From positions 124,001 to 188,000 of the forward strand of contig JBDOQK010000041.1 in NCBI GenBank assembly GCA_040437565.1: 64,000 nt of DNA, given 5' to 3'. Origin of the DNA: Albugo candida. Lineage: Eukaryota. Positions 26,429-37,284 of the stretch are shown here, in pieces. The notes beneath the pieces were generated by a model. That model was not told the DNA's origin. It did not search any database and saw only the letters and a program-made list of their open reading frames with translations. Position 1 is the stretch's first letter. Each line of letters starts with the position of its first letter. Both the position numbers and the translations under genes were made by a program.

Positions 26429-26624
26429 TTTGGCTTTGCGACTCCAAACGTGTTCGAGTTAGTCAATTTCGGAGTGTGAGTGGGCGACACGAAACGCAAA
26501 TTGTTAAGTGCGAATCAAATAGTGAGGTTTGAAAAGAGGGTTCGGACTACGTGTCACGTTCTTAGCTACCGAGACCATTTTATATACGATATCATAGTGT
26601 CATTATTTTATAAAGTCTTTGAAA

Positions 26625-27212
26625 TTAAGAAAATAGCCGCCGCATATTCCGTCGACAAGTTGATGGATGACGCTTATAATACCTTCGGTGCGCTTCACGG
26701 AGGTAAAAAGGCGATATAGGACCATTTTTTCCTCGCTTTTCCATAATTGCTCGTGCTACATGATACGTAATGATAAATCGCGCTCGCTTTATAATAGTGG
26801 GCATTACCTTCGGCGACAATTCGACCTACAAACACTTTTGTCATGCCTGCCATTGCGATTGTCATCAAATTCGTCACGGATGGAATGCGTTCCTCGTGCG
26901 TGTAGCATTCTTGAATAGCTGCTGTCATGCACTTTTCTACGAATGAATTAAGTGCGAACCTATAGGTATTAAGCCTACCTTTTTGATGGCTGCGCGATCA
27001 AAGTGCGATCTTCGATACATCTCATGACGACTCGATTCATTTTCATCAAGGTGCGCAACCATGTTGAGCATTGATTCAGGATCATTAGAGTTCACCTGAC
27101 CTACTGGAGAATCTTCTTCATGTATCACCTCTATCGTTGCCTCTTCCTTGATCCCTCCAGTCGGAGTTGCTTCTTTTTGCTCGACCAGCGCTTTGACCTC
27201 TTCAAGGTCCAT
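26625..27212 (-). CDS. TAF11: TFIID subunit 11 (histone-fold TAF), multi-exon
   Basis: RHEMYRRSHFDRAAIKK, IAMAGMTKVFVGRIVAE and GPISPFYLREAHRRY. Confidence 0.88.
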
Positions 27213-27640
27213 TGTCCAAAGCGCGCGCTATCGAACTTAAGTGATGGTACAAGTTTGCAAGAACATGTTGAAAGTACGTACTTGTTTTTGAAGTATACCA
27301 GTTTGTTTGTTACTGTGGTTGGAAGACGAGACACTTCTCCCTNNNNNNNNNNNNNNNNNNNNNNNNNNNNNNNNNNNNNNNNNNNNNNNNNNNNNNNNNN
27401 NNNNNNNNNNNNNNNNNNNNNNNNNNNNNNNNNNNNNNNNNNTGTATGGTGGATTTTTGAGAAACTCGGGGGTAGCAGCTTTTGTAGGCCACCGTATAAT
27501 AAAAGTTCACAGAACAACACAGATAGGATCAACAGAACGGGTTCATTGTAACACACAACAGCTTTTCATTCTCAGTTTGAACCATACGGTTAGATATAAA
27601 CAACTCTTTCAACCTCAAGTAAAAGATCGCGATCAGCCCA

Positions 27641-29046
27641 ATGCCAAAACGTAAAGCCGACGCGTGGCCTATAAATCTCGCCTCAGACCCGGATATCCTC
27701 AGCGTAGATGAAAACGGGAAATTTGTACTTTGTAAAGTATGTCATTGTCATTATGCGCTGCACGGAGGAAAGAAACCCAAACCTGTCATGATGAATTCCG
27801 TATTTCGCACGCGTGCGTGGGAAGTACACAAACAGCGCACTAATTGCCACCGGAGTCAAAATGAAAACTATGAGTTTTATAAGAAAATTCGAATGCAAGA
27901 AGACGATCAATCACAGTCCACTCAAAAACATCAGACATCAAATACTTCGGAAAGCTGTGCAACTTCGTCGTCTTCGATTTCCTCAAAGGGCCGACCCGTT
28001 GTTGGAGTGGAACAAGCCGGGAAACGTCCAATAGAAGAGGTTGAGCTAATCACATACATGCAATCTAACAAACACATGGCGAACAACAGAGCGAGCCCAA
28101 TAGTTGGAGCACCAGACTTCTCACATAACAAACACGTACCGGAAAAATCAAAACCGTCAAGCGCAGCGGTACGAGCAGAACCGTTTAATCAGTCGGTACG
28201 TCTTGTGATACTTACTTGTCAAATGTATGGAATGATTGGTTTCTATTGAAGCAATCGGAGAGTCTGGAACGGTGGCGAATGATCCACGAAGGTGTGGCTC
28301 GTGCACTGGATTTGACCCACACCAATAACCGTATGCAATCTGTCAATTACCACACCAAAGATTTCTTGCATCCTAGTATAATGGATAAGGACACTGTGTC
28401 CACTCAAGCAGAGAAGGAATGCCACAATATCAAGTCTTCGGATACATCCGATGATGTCAATCGGCAAATAGGGGAGTCGATGCAGCCGTACCGTTCACAG
28501 TCAACTGGCTCAGAACAGGCAAAGCAATACTGGGGCACTTTACGAGATTTATATAAAGCAGATCAAGCCGACACGAGGAAGATTTTATCTCCTATCCATT
28601 CATCAAGTGATAGCGCACAAAGTAACAGCATCAAAGACGCTATCACCGAATTTGGGGATCAGATCTCAATGAAATGTGGTACCAATGTGACATCTGCCTA
28701 CTTTTGTAATTTCCTAACTCCCATACATGTAGCTGCCGATAGTAATGACTTAATTGAAGCACACGAATCTAGTGATCATTCTCTTGTGAATGCAATCGAT
28801 CGGCTCACTGGCGTTGTCTCCAAGCATTTATTCGCAAAATGCACCACAGATGTGCTCGATAAAAGGAGCGTCTTGAATCAGATGCTCATGGAAATCAACG
28901 CGATGCGCTCTCATCAAGAAAGCTGTCTCACACGCTTGCTTCAGCTAGGAGAGCGTCACGTGGAAGTGCTAGAAGAGATGCTGGAGTGCAAACTTCGCAA
29001 AGAAAATCGTGCTGGTACCAAAGTATCGCGCCTGGAAGAAAAATGA
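27641..29046 (+). CDS. Hypothetical protein with N-terminal CxxC...H...H putative zinc finger and C-terminal coiled coil
   Basis: Two long + ORFs linked by an intron near 28196-28250; CKVC...WEVHKQRTNCH. Confidence 0.65.
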
Positions 29047-29282
29047 GGAAGCGAAGAGTTGTCAGCAATGGCCGAGCGATTCACGGCGGACACTACTGAT
29101 ACAAATTCGAATCCAAGGTCACATCACTGATGAGCATTCAACTCCAATGTTGGCTTGGTCATCAGGAGAAGTAATCCAACGGATCGAAACGCGACGGAAA
29201 TGACAAGTTTTCTTCCACACATAATCGAAGCTATCGCGTCGTTCCACTGCGAATCGTAAAAATAAAAACTCGGAGATGCGCA

Positions 29283-32200
29283 ATGAACGCTCTATGTCTT
29301 TATATTGTGTACGACGTTCTCTCTTTCTCCTTCCGCGCACAAACGACAAATGACATTGGATTTCCAGACACTCGCGTGAGTCTATCGAGCACTCGAGTCA
29401 TTCCGTTTTCATGCTTTGGCTCCACACGCAATTGCCCCGATAATGGCGATTATGTGGCAGCTGGAGGGAATCTCACAGTCACAATTCTTGAAATGCGAAA
29501 TCTTCCAAATATGGATCACTTTGGTCACGCAACGCTGCGCACTGACGCATTTCTTCGGGTGCGTGTCGGGAACACGACGAAAACTTCGGGCGTGATTTCG
29601 AATTCTCTGAATCCCATGTGGCATGCATGTGCTCGGGCACAATGCGATGGGAAAAACGATATTGTTCGAGATCTAAATTTCGGATTTCGACGAGCTGGCA
29701 CACCGATCACACTCGAAATATGGGATCAAGACAGCGGTTTAGAGTTCCAAGACGATCTCATAGAAACGAAAAAAATGAATGTGATCTACTGCTCGACATT
29801 CACAGCTAGAACCCAGCGTGTGAATCGAGACGATTCGCCATGGAAACTCGCCTTCCAGCCTTATTGTGTGGAACAAAGCTGGATTCCGCTTAGTGATAAC
29901 GCAAAGGACAGTTGTTACAATGAAACCACTGGCAAAGTGTCCACGCGGATTCCCTGTATGCTTGTTCGGCTGTCTGTACTACCCTTCCAAATGCGTGTTG
30001 AGCAGGTTTATGTCCAGAATGCGTCGATACTTGGCGGCATGGCGGGCTATTATCCAGAGTATCGAAATAGCAGCAACTCGAGTCAAGGGATTTACGGTCG
30101 CGTGTTTACGGACTTGAGCCATCGATTAGTGAATTATTATCGCATGGATCGATCAAAAGGTGGATTACTCGTTCGACTTCAAAGTGATTTACAAAACTCT
30201 CCCGGAAATCTCACACTCTTTGATACGTTTGGATTCGCTCCATACGCGAGAATCACTATCAATTATCCTGCAGAGATGTTTGTGTTTCGAGTTGTGGAGG
30301 ACGCAAAATCGCTACCCGAGTGGCTGACCACTTCTTTCGGATGGACAGTATCTCGAGAATTCGCTCATATCACCAATTTTGGAGGTGAGTATGTCGCGTA
30401 CGCTCGAAATGTCTCCCCACATGCTATTAATTCGTACGGTGACGCAATGGACAGCGGAATTATCATTGGAATGAACGTTCCGAGAGACTTTGCCGACAAA
30501 ACTGTTGGTATGTATTTCATCATATTACAGCCCAAAGAATTCACTGAAACCATTACGTCTGAGATTTCGATCCAATTTTCCCGAATGCCTGCGTTATCGC
30601 TTTTAATTCAATTCGGAATCACATTTATGCTTCTTTGTGGGATGTTGTTACGTTTCCTGCAGCGACTCAATTGGCGAATTGATAGAACCTCGAGCTTTTT
30701 TGCTCAACAAGGTGCACTCACGTCTACATTGCCAGTGAAATCGATCAACAAGGCTGGAAGGAAGCAGTCTGTTTTCCCAATTTTCACAAAAAAGCCCACA
30801 AAAGAGACCTCAGCCTTCTCAACGCCAAACACACTAGCCATGCTCTTTTCCAGCGCAGAAAGCGAGGACCTCAACAGTATGCAAATTCGACGATTTGCGT
30901 ATGCAAACTGCATCGTCTACCTATCTCTAGCCACACCGTTTATGATCCTGATTGCTTGGGGAGTAAGCGCTATCTTTATTGTAAGCCCGTCCTCACTTGG
31001 CCTAGCTATCATTTTCTTAGGCTCTGCAGTGCTGCTCGTTACATTTGCGCTTTTACGATGGAAACATACGGGCTGGCGAATGTCGAATACGATCTGTATG
31101 CTTCTATTGCTGTCGTTCCTCTTCACATTCATATTTTTATTTTCTGCAACGTTGACCGATCCACGTATGTTTCTGGGCGGCAAGGACTTGGATATCTCAG
31201 CGATCACATCGATTTTTCTAACAGCGAATTTGATGCCAATGCTTTGTATCGCATTCTCAAATGATCAAAAGCTTCGTAAATCGCTTTCTCAAGTCCTCGC
31301 AGTCATCGGAGCGTCAAAGAAAATAAATGTCGTCAAGCAACAATTCAAGAAATTCGGTACTTTGGGGCTCCAGCTTAAGGCCGCCCGAGTAAAACAGGGC
31401 AAAGGAGATGCGGTATCACACAAAGGATCCATGTTCACACCTCTTATGGGCAATCATTACTCTGTCAGCTCCAAGATCCCAGGATTAGAGCGTGCAGATG
31501 TATTACAATCTTCTTTCGTGACACTCGACAAGGACAAGCGAAATCAGCAGAATTATCGATTGTATCGATACGCTATCTTTGTGCTGGCAAGTTACATTAT
31601 GGTCGCGTTGATTTGGACAAAGAATGGAACATTAGCTATCGGCATCACATCAACTGTTTTGTTTGTAGATTTTTGTATGTTTTTATTAGCACGTGGAGCT
31701 TTGAAATGGTCAGCCGGATTTATGGTTTTTCTCATGAGCGTTGCAAGAGTGTGTATGATCATTACGGCTGGAGAATATTGGATTATAGGACACGCTCTTC
31801 TTTACGCCGCTATTGGAATTGCGTTGACCCGAGAGATTGTAGGCAAGCAACTACCACGGATGACGGAACGTGAGGCGAGCATGGTGGTGGTATTCGGAAT
31901 TGAGAACGCTAACGCCCGCCCGCAATATGATCTCTCAACAAAGCCAGAGTTTGTATTGGGTCTTCTCTCTTTTGTGTATGTGTTCCTACTGCTTTCTGTC
32001 GGGTTTCGTGATGACACAAAGGTCTCATTTCGAGTCGGAATTTTCGGAGAAGAGTGGCCTCTGTGGCTATTTGGCGTTCTTTCGTTCGTTTTTGTGGTGT
32101 TTAGTGGCGTAGCGCTCTCTACCAGCCGGGCTTTGTTTCTCCAGAAAGAAGGATTATTACCAGCAGATGCCACGCGTTTATACTTTTTCTCGAAATCGTG

Positions 32201-35200
32201 GACACTTCCTTTCATTCTCGCATCTGCTTTGGAAGTTTTGTTGATTTGCGCTGGACTGTTTATTTATGCTTCTACAGGATCAAGTTTCGCATTAGAAGTG
32301 TCCATTTTTGGTCCTCTACTTTTCATCACAGCGTTGCCAGTGTACACGCATTGGTGTCGCAACGACTATCGCTTGGTTGTTTGGCCTCCAGACGATTCAG
32401 AAGTCGCATTCGATGAAGAGGAAGACGATTCAACGGAATACGCATTGGAGAAAGATGTCGTTGTCGAGCGTTTGCGCCAAAAAATCACTTCACTGCATGA
32501 TCGAAATGGTGGGGAGCCTACTACTTTCAGCCAAAGTCCTTTATCGTTCAAGACTGTGTGGAGCGATGACGGTGGAGAGAATGAAAACGGTTTGAAAGAA
32601 AATGAGTTGGAAGAAGTGAGCTTAAAAGGGGGACTTTTTTTTGGTGGAAATCGACTTGCAAAGATCAATTATGATCGAGAACGAAGGAGATCTTTGGTGG
32701 GAGAAAGCGGCATGATCCATCATGAGGTAAGGATACATTCGCTCGATACCGAATTAGATACAGCGAAGACGTTAGATTCGACGATTAACGCCAAAAAGCC
32801 TCATGAAATCCCTGAGCCACGTCCGTTCATTCTTGGGCTTCGCGAGTACTTGAGCTACTTTCGAGAAATTCTAATAAATCTCCATCATACAGCTATTGAG
32901 GTGATGCAATTCATAAAAGAGAAGCGTCAAGAAAAGTCTCATGAGCAAAATTGGGATGAAATCGATTTCAAAGCTGTGAGTATGTACAAAGCATTTCTCT
33001 CAGGATATTTATTACCCAAAGAATATGCAATTCTGCTTTGTTTTGCCGCACACTTGCTTCTCCTATTCATATTTGGAATGGTTGTGACTGCAACTGAAGA
33101 GCCTGGATGGCTGGGTCATCTCATTTGGACTGGTGGAATTACTTTCATCTTCTCATTCTTCCCAATTGTAAAGTATTTTCGCATCGGAAATGTGGTCAGT
33201 ATGGACATCAAACGCAGTCTGACGTTCAGTTATGCGTTTGCGTGGCTAACGGGAATCGTATTTTTCGTATTGTTCTTCAAAATGAGTCTCAACACAATCG
33301 AGCCATTGGTGATTTTCTCCGTGCTGTTCTACACGCCAGTCTTTATGATTCTCATCGTTACCATATATAAATGGCGCCTGGATGGGTATGAGCCTTCACG
33401 GGTCATTAAACGCACATCTATCGCTGGAGCTTTGATGATCGGCGTGTGGATTTTCGAGATTTATGTGTTTATGAGCGCGAAATTTGGTATTTTTCTCATT
33501 CTCTTGGGCGTTTTGATGCTCTTCCTTAGCTATTATTTTACTCAGTACATCCGCAATGACATGTACCTCGCACCAAAACACCAGATACAAGTACGCACAA
33601 TCATTTGGGTGACCACAATTGCTGCTATTGGATTTGGATTTTTTTTCGGGCTCAATTTCTTTGCGTGCCTTTCGATCGCAATCGTAGTCATGATCCTAAA
33701 AAATGTGCTCACATTTTGTGCTCAATATTGGCTTTTATTTCTCAATCACGAAATGGTGCTTTATTTCTCTCCGTATGTGTTTCCAATATACGCTTATGAT
33801 GCGTATCGAGACGTTGTGATCGACTGCAACTCGATCTACAAATTCCTTTATCTGACATTTATGCTCGTGTTCGCTTGGGGAGCTGCAGCTGTTCTGTTTG
33901 TACAACCGATCGGATTTGGAATTGGAGTCTGCAGCATTGCCTTGCTCACGTTTGCTGTAACTACGGCTCACCTTTGTGCTTGTACGCCAGTTCAAATGGG
34001 TATTGCGACCAAGTTTGTGAGCGAGAAAATCGTACATGATGCCAGTACCGCCAGTAAAAATGCCTTCGATACAGCAAGAATGAAGTTCCAAATCATCTGC
34101 TCGGAATTTGATCGTCAGGAAAACCGTGAAAAAGTAGCAGCACTAAAAATCCAAGCCATGACTTTGGGCTCGCAAACAAGGAAAATCGCTCGAAACCCGG
34201 AAACCGATCTCAAGGATTCTGTGACAGTAAATCGGAAATGTAGTGCAGAGCTTGCATTAACGATTCATTCTGTGGTAAAATCGTGCTTGAGGACTCCGGA
34301 CGTTGAGGCGGCGGTCTCAGCAAGCGATAGAGTAATGGGAATCCGGGACATGCTCTATGACAGCTTTTCACTCGGGATCGGTCCATTGGGATTTCTATAC
34401 GCATTCAAAGTGCCAAAAGTAGCATTGGAGCGTCTCAGACAGAGATACTTTCCTCGTCTTCAGCCTGACGCACAAGTGAGTCCCTACGTCGAAGAACATG
34501 GACGACGCAAAGAGAACGGGCATACATCGCAAAGACGAAGACGGATGAAGCTACTGGCAAATTTAGTGAGACTTCCCGTTTTGGATGAGGAATTGGATCG
34601 TGAATTTCATCACGAAACAAAGTGCGTGATTCATTTCCAACTGCTGCTTTTGGATGCTGTGGACGCCCGACTTGCTCACACAAAAATACTCCTCCAAAAG
34701 TTTTTACGTGAGGATCGCTTCAAACTTGTTTCGAATGGAATCAATACTCCGTCCAACGTATTCCGTTCCAGCTCACTTGCATCCGTCGATATACCGCTTG
34801 TCGCAGTTTGGTTGCAATCCTTGAGCACAGAAGCACAAAGTCGCTTTCACAAGTTAAGAACAGCGTTTTCAGACCAAGTCGAGTGTGCAGACGCTCTTAT
34901 CGATGCTGAAGATGAACAAACGCGTCAAAACCAGCTGGAATTACGTAAATCATGGCTGCCTCATGAAAAGCTGCAATGTCGAAAACGCTCGGATGAATTC
35001 TATGCTCGTCGATATCGCCGTGAAAAGGAGGGTCAAATCAGTAAAAATGCACCTCTTTCGCATGAGGAGGAGGCGCTTGTGAACGTGCAAGAAAGTATAA
35101 TGGAAATTGAATCTGGATACTCCTGCAGTATCGGTCATTTTGGCCGGTCCTTACAATATGTCGATACCGACTTTCCTCCAGATCAGAGCTCTCTGTCAAA

Positions 35201-36857
35201 CTGTTCATGTCAAAACGATGTAAAAGGCTGGAAAACCTCCATCCAGATCAATGCTGACTGCAGTCTATTTGATGCTGGAAGCGATCCTGATGATGTTTGT
35301 GTGGGAAGGCTTGATGATCTGTGGCTTCTGAGTGCCATTAGCATCATTGCTGCCTCGGGTGGTATTGATGACGGCAAAGTGGACCCGCTGATTGATCATC
35401 TGTTTATCACGAAGCAGATATCCTTGTCCGGAGCTTACGCGATACGAATCTTCAAGAATTCGCAATGGGAGACCGTTATAGTCGACGACTATTTCCCCGT
35501 TCTCGATGAAGCGTGTAAAACTAGCGTCAATGCGGGAGCAGCTTTCGCGTATAGTCCTCGCTTTGAAGAGCTTTGGGTGCCTTTGTTGGAAAAAGCTTAT
35601 GCAAAGTATCACGGAGGTTTTGGTGCTCTGGAGAAGGGATACGTTCATCATGCGCTCCAAGAGTTGACTGGGTATCCATCAGAAGAGATTCTTTTGGCTC
35701 AAGCTTCACGCGGTATCATGAAGAAAACATTATGGAAAAAAATGGTACGCTTCAAAAGCAACCGATTTCTAATGGGAGCAGGGACGTTGAATCGTGAGCA
35801 TGCTGACGCTGGGATCTTGAACAGAGGTCTCGTATTTGGCGCTTGTTATGTCGTGTACGAAGTACGACAGGTTGATCAGTATCAGCTTATACTGCTGCGA
35901 AATCCCCCTGGTGATCATCCAGAATGGAAGGGAGATTGGAGTGATTCTTCTCGTTTCTGGACCAGGCGATTACGAAGGATTTTGAAGTACACGCCAGATG
36001 TTCAAGATAATAAATTCTGGATCAGCTTTGATGATTTTTGCCATGCTTTTCGAAGCCTCTACGTTTGCAGGTATTATGAACCCGCCAAGTGGCCGACCAT
36101 TACGATACAGGGAGGCTGGAGAAGCAACGATTCCGCAGGAGGCTTACCCACAAAACATAACGCAAAGTGTGAAATTACAAAAAATCCTCAATTCTCCTTG
36201 CAGCTTGACCGTCCAACAGAGGTTATAATCCATGTGACTCAGATCGATCCATCAGGAATCGCTGCTGTTGACGTGCAGCCGTTCGCAATATATGTTGTTA
36301 CTCCCAGCCACACCGTTGCGAAGAGCGTTCCTGAGGTCGTTTTGGTCACACAATTAAACAAGGAAAATGTCGTCGCACACAGCGGAGAGGTCAAACGCGA
36401 GCGTCACATACAGCTTACGTGTGAGCTTGCGCCCAAAACGTATACAATCTTAGTGGCCACGTACCGGAAGGATATGGAAGGGAATTTTCGCATGTCGATA
36501 CAATCCAATTATCCCGTGAAATGTACACAATTATGGCCACCGGTACAAAAAGATCAAAATGACGTCACCGCTACCGGGAAAATAGTCCAAAAGATCAAGA
36601 GAAATGCAATTGAGAAGAAAAAGGCACTGGCGCATAAAATTGCGGCGAGTGCCGAAGTCATGGGTTCTATGATGAAAGACGATGGCTCAATTTTGCGGGA
36701 GAGGCTTGCCAAGCAAGTTTTGGCAACCGATGACGCTGTCAGAAACGACCCGAAGAACAAATCAGAGTGGATAGAAAGATGGGACGCTGCAGCAGGGAAG
36801 CCATTCTATTATAATAGAAGGACAGGTCGAGCTACCTGGGACCAGCCCAGCAATTGA
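29283..36857 (+). CDS. Giant multi-pass membrane calpain-like protein (C2 - TM blocks - CysPc - domain III - WW), predicted catalytically inactive
   Basis: 2524-aa uninterrupted ORF. C2 domain (LEIWDQD..DDLI), many hydrophobic helices, YVDTDFPP, VIVDDYFP, LWVPLLEKAYAK, WKGDWSD, NPQF and a C-terminal WW (W...PFYYN..T....WDQP). Confidence 0.9.
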   Translation: MNALCLYIVYDVLSFSFRAQTTNDIGFPDTRVSLSSTRVIPFSCFGSTRNCPDNGDYVAAGGNLTVTILEMRNLPNMDHFGHATLRTDAFLRVRVGNTTKTSGVISNSLNPMWHACARAQCDGKNDIVRDLNFGFRRAGTPITLEIWDQDSGLEFQDDLIETKKMNVIYCSTFTARTQRVNRDDSPWKLAFQPYCVEQSWIPLSDNAKDSCYNETTGKVSTRIPCMLVRLSVLPFQMRVEQVYVQNASILGGMAGYYPEYRNSSNSSQGIYGRVFTDLSHRLVNYYRMDRSKGGLLVRLQSDLQNSPGNLTLFDTFGFAPYARITINYPAEMFVFRVVEDAKSLPEWLTTSFGWTVSREFAHITNFGGEYVAYARNVSPHAINSYGDAMDSGIIIGMNVPRDFADKTVGMYFIILQPKEFTETITSEISIQFSRMPALSLLIQFGITFMLLCGMLLRFLQRLNWRIDRTSSFFAQQGALTSTLPVKSINKAGRKQSVFPIFTKKPTKETSAFSTPNTLAMLFSSAESEDLNSMQIRRFAYANCIVYLSLATPFMILIAWGVSAIFIVSPSSLGLAIIFLGSAVLLVTFALLRWKHTGWRMSNTICMLLLLSFLFTFIFLFSATLTDPRMFLGGKDLDISAITSIFLTANLMPMLCIAFSNDQKLRKSLSQVLAVIGASKKINVVKQQFKKFGTLGLQLKAARVKQGKGDAVSHKGSMFTPLMGNHYSVSSKIPGLERADVLQSSFVTLDKDKRNQQNYRLYRYAIFVLASYIMVALIWTKNGTLAIGITSTVLFVDFCMFLLARGALKWSAGFMVFLMSVARVCMIITAGEYWIIGHALLYAAIGIALTREIVGKQLPRMTEREASMVVVFGIENANARPQYDLSTKPEFVLGLLSFVYVFLLLSVGFRDDTKVSFRVGIFGEEWPLWLFGVLSFVFVVFSGVALSTSRALFLQKEGLLPADATRLYFFSKSWTLPFILASALEVLLICAGLFIYASTGSSFALEVSIFGPLLFITALPVYTHWCRNDYRLVVWPPDDSEVAFDEEEDDSTEYALEKDVVVERLRQKITSLHDRNGGEPTTFSQSPLSFKTVWSDDGGENENGLKENELEEVSLKGGLFFGGNRLAKINYDRERRRSLVGESGMIHHEVRIHSLDTELDTAKTLDSTINAKKPHEIPEPRPFILGLREYLSYFREILINLHHTAIEVMQFIKEKRQEKSHEQNWDEIDFKAVSMYKAFLSGYLLPKEYAILLCFAAHLLLLFIFGMVVTATEEPGWLGHLIWTGGITFIFSFFPIVKYFRIGNVVSMDIKRSLTFSYAFAWLTGIVFFVLFFKMSLNTIEPLVIFSVLFYTPVFMILIVTIYKWRLDGYEPSRVIKRTSIAGALMIGVWIFEIYVFMSAKFGIFLILLGVLMLFLSYYFTQYIRNDMYLAPKHQIQVRTIIWVTTIAAIGFGFFFGLNFFACLSIAIVVMILKNVLTFCAQYWLLFLNHEMVLYFSPYVFPIYAYDAYRDVVIDCNSIYKFLYLTFMLVFAWGAAAVLFVQPIGFGIGVCSIALLTFAVTTAHLCACTPVQMGIATKFVSEKIVHDASTASKNAFDTARMKFQIICSEFDRQENREKVAALKIQAMTLGSQTRKIARNPETDLKDSVTVNRKCSAELALTIHSVVKSCLRTPDVEAAVSASDRVMGIRDMLYDSFSLGIGPLGFLYAFKVPKVALERLRQRYFPRLQPDAQVSPYVEEHGRRKENGHTSQRRRRMKLLANLVRLPVLDEELDREFHHETKCVIHFQLLLLDAVDARLAHTKILLQKFLREDRFKLVSNGINTPSNVFRSSSLASVDIPLVAVWLQSLSTEAQSRFHKLRTAFSDQVECADALIDAEDEQTRQNQLELRKSWLPHEKLQCRKRSDEFYARRYRREKEGQISKNAPLSHEEEALVNVQESIMEIESGYSCSIGHFGRSLQYVDTDFPPDQSSLSNCSCQNDVKGWKTSIQINADCSLFDAGSDPDDVCVGRLDDLWLLSAISIIAASGGIDDGKVDPLIDHLFITKQISLSGAYAIRIFKNSQWETVIVDDYFPVLDEACKTSVNAGAAFAYSPRFEELWVPLLEKAYAKYHGGFGALEKGYVHHALQELTGYPSEEILLAQASRGIMKKTLWKKMVRFKSNRFLMGAGTLNREHADAGILNRGLVFGACYVVYEVRQVDQYQLILLRNPPGDHPEWKGDWSDSSRFWTRRLRRILKYTPDVQDNKFWISFDDFCHAFRSLYVCRYYEPAKWPTITIQGGWRSNDSAGGLPTKHNAKCEITKNPQFSLQLDRPTEVIIHVTQIDPSGIAAVDVQPFAIYVVTPSHTVAKSVPEVVLVTQLNKENVVAHSGEVKRERHIQLTCELAPKTYTILVATYRKDMEGNFRMSIQSNYPVKCTQLWPPVQKDQNDVTATGKIVQKIKRNAIEKKKALAHKIAASAEVMGSMMKDDGSILRERLAKQVLATDDAVRNDPKNKSEWIERWDAAAGKPFYYNRRTGRATWDQPSN

Positions 36858-36871
36858 AAAAGCTTATGTCT

Positions 36872-37148
36872 TTACTCCAGTAATTCGACCGACTTTCCGC
36901 TTACGACTGACCATTTCTTGAGTGCTTCCAGCATTTCATTGGGATCAGCAGTTCCGTTCACCTCAATGATCTTCTCTTCCATGTCACACTTCACCTCGGA
37001 AACCCCTAAAGCTAACGTTTACATACGCAAGTCAAAAGCATTCAGTAGTGGGATCACCTTGGATTTTGGTCAGAATTCGAGTGCAAGCAGACGAACATCC
37101 TTCGCAGGTCATTCCAACTTTGAATTTCACAGCTTTTCCTTCGGCCAT
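36872..37148 (-). CDS. ATX1: Copper chaperone (HMA domain), not in the ORF track
   Basis: Exons 37148-37058 and 37005-36872 give MAEGKAVKFKVGMTCEGCSSACTRILTKIQGVSEVKCDMEEKIIEVNGTADPNEMLEALKKWSVVSGKSVELLE, with an MxCxxC motif. Confidence 0.92.
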
Positions 37149-37284
37149 TTGATCGTAAAATGTAAAGTGATGTCTCCGCTTCGGTCCGAAGAGGTGGCGC
37201 GAAGGTACACAATTAGAAAAGTAGTTTTCGATACATTTAATGCAGCAATTTTACACACAGTATGCACACACAAAGCAGTACGTA

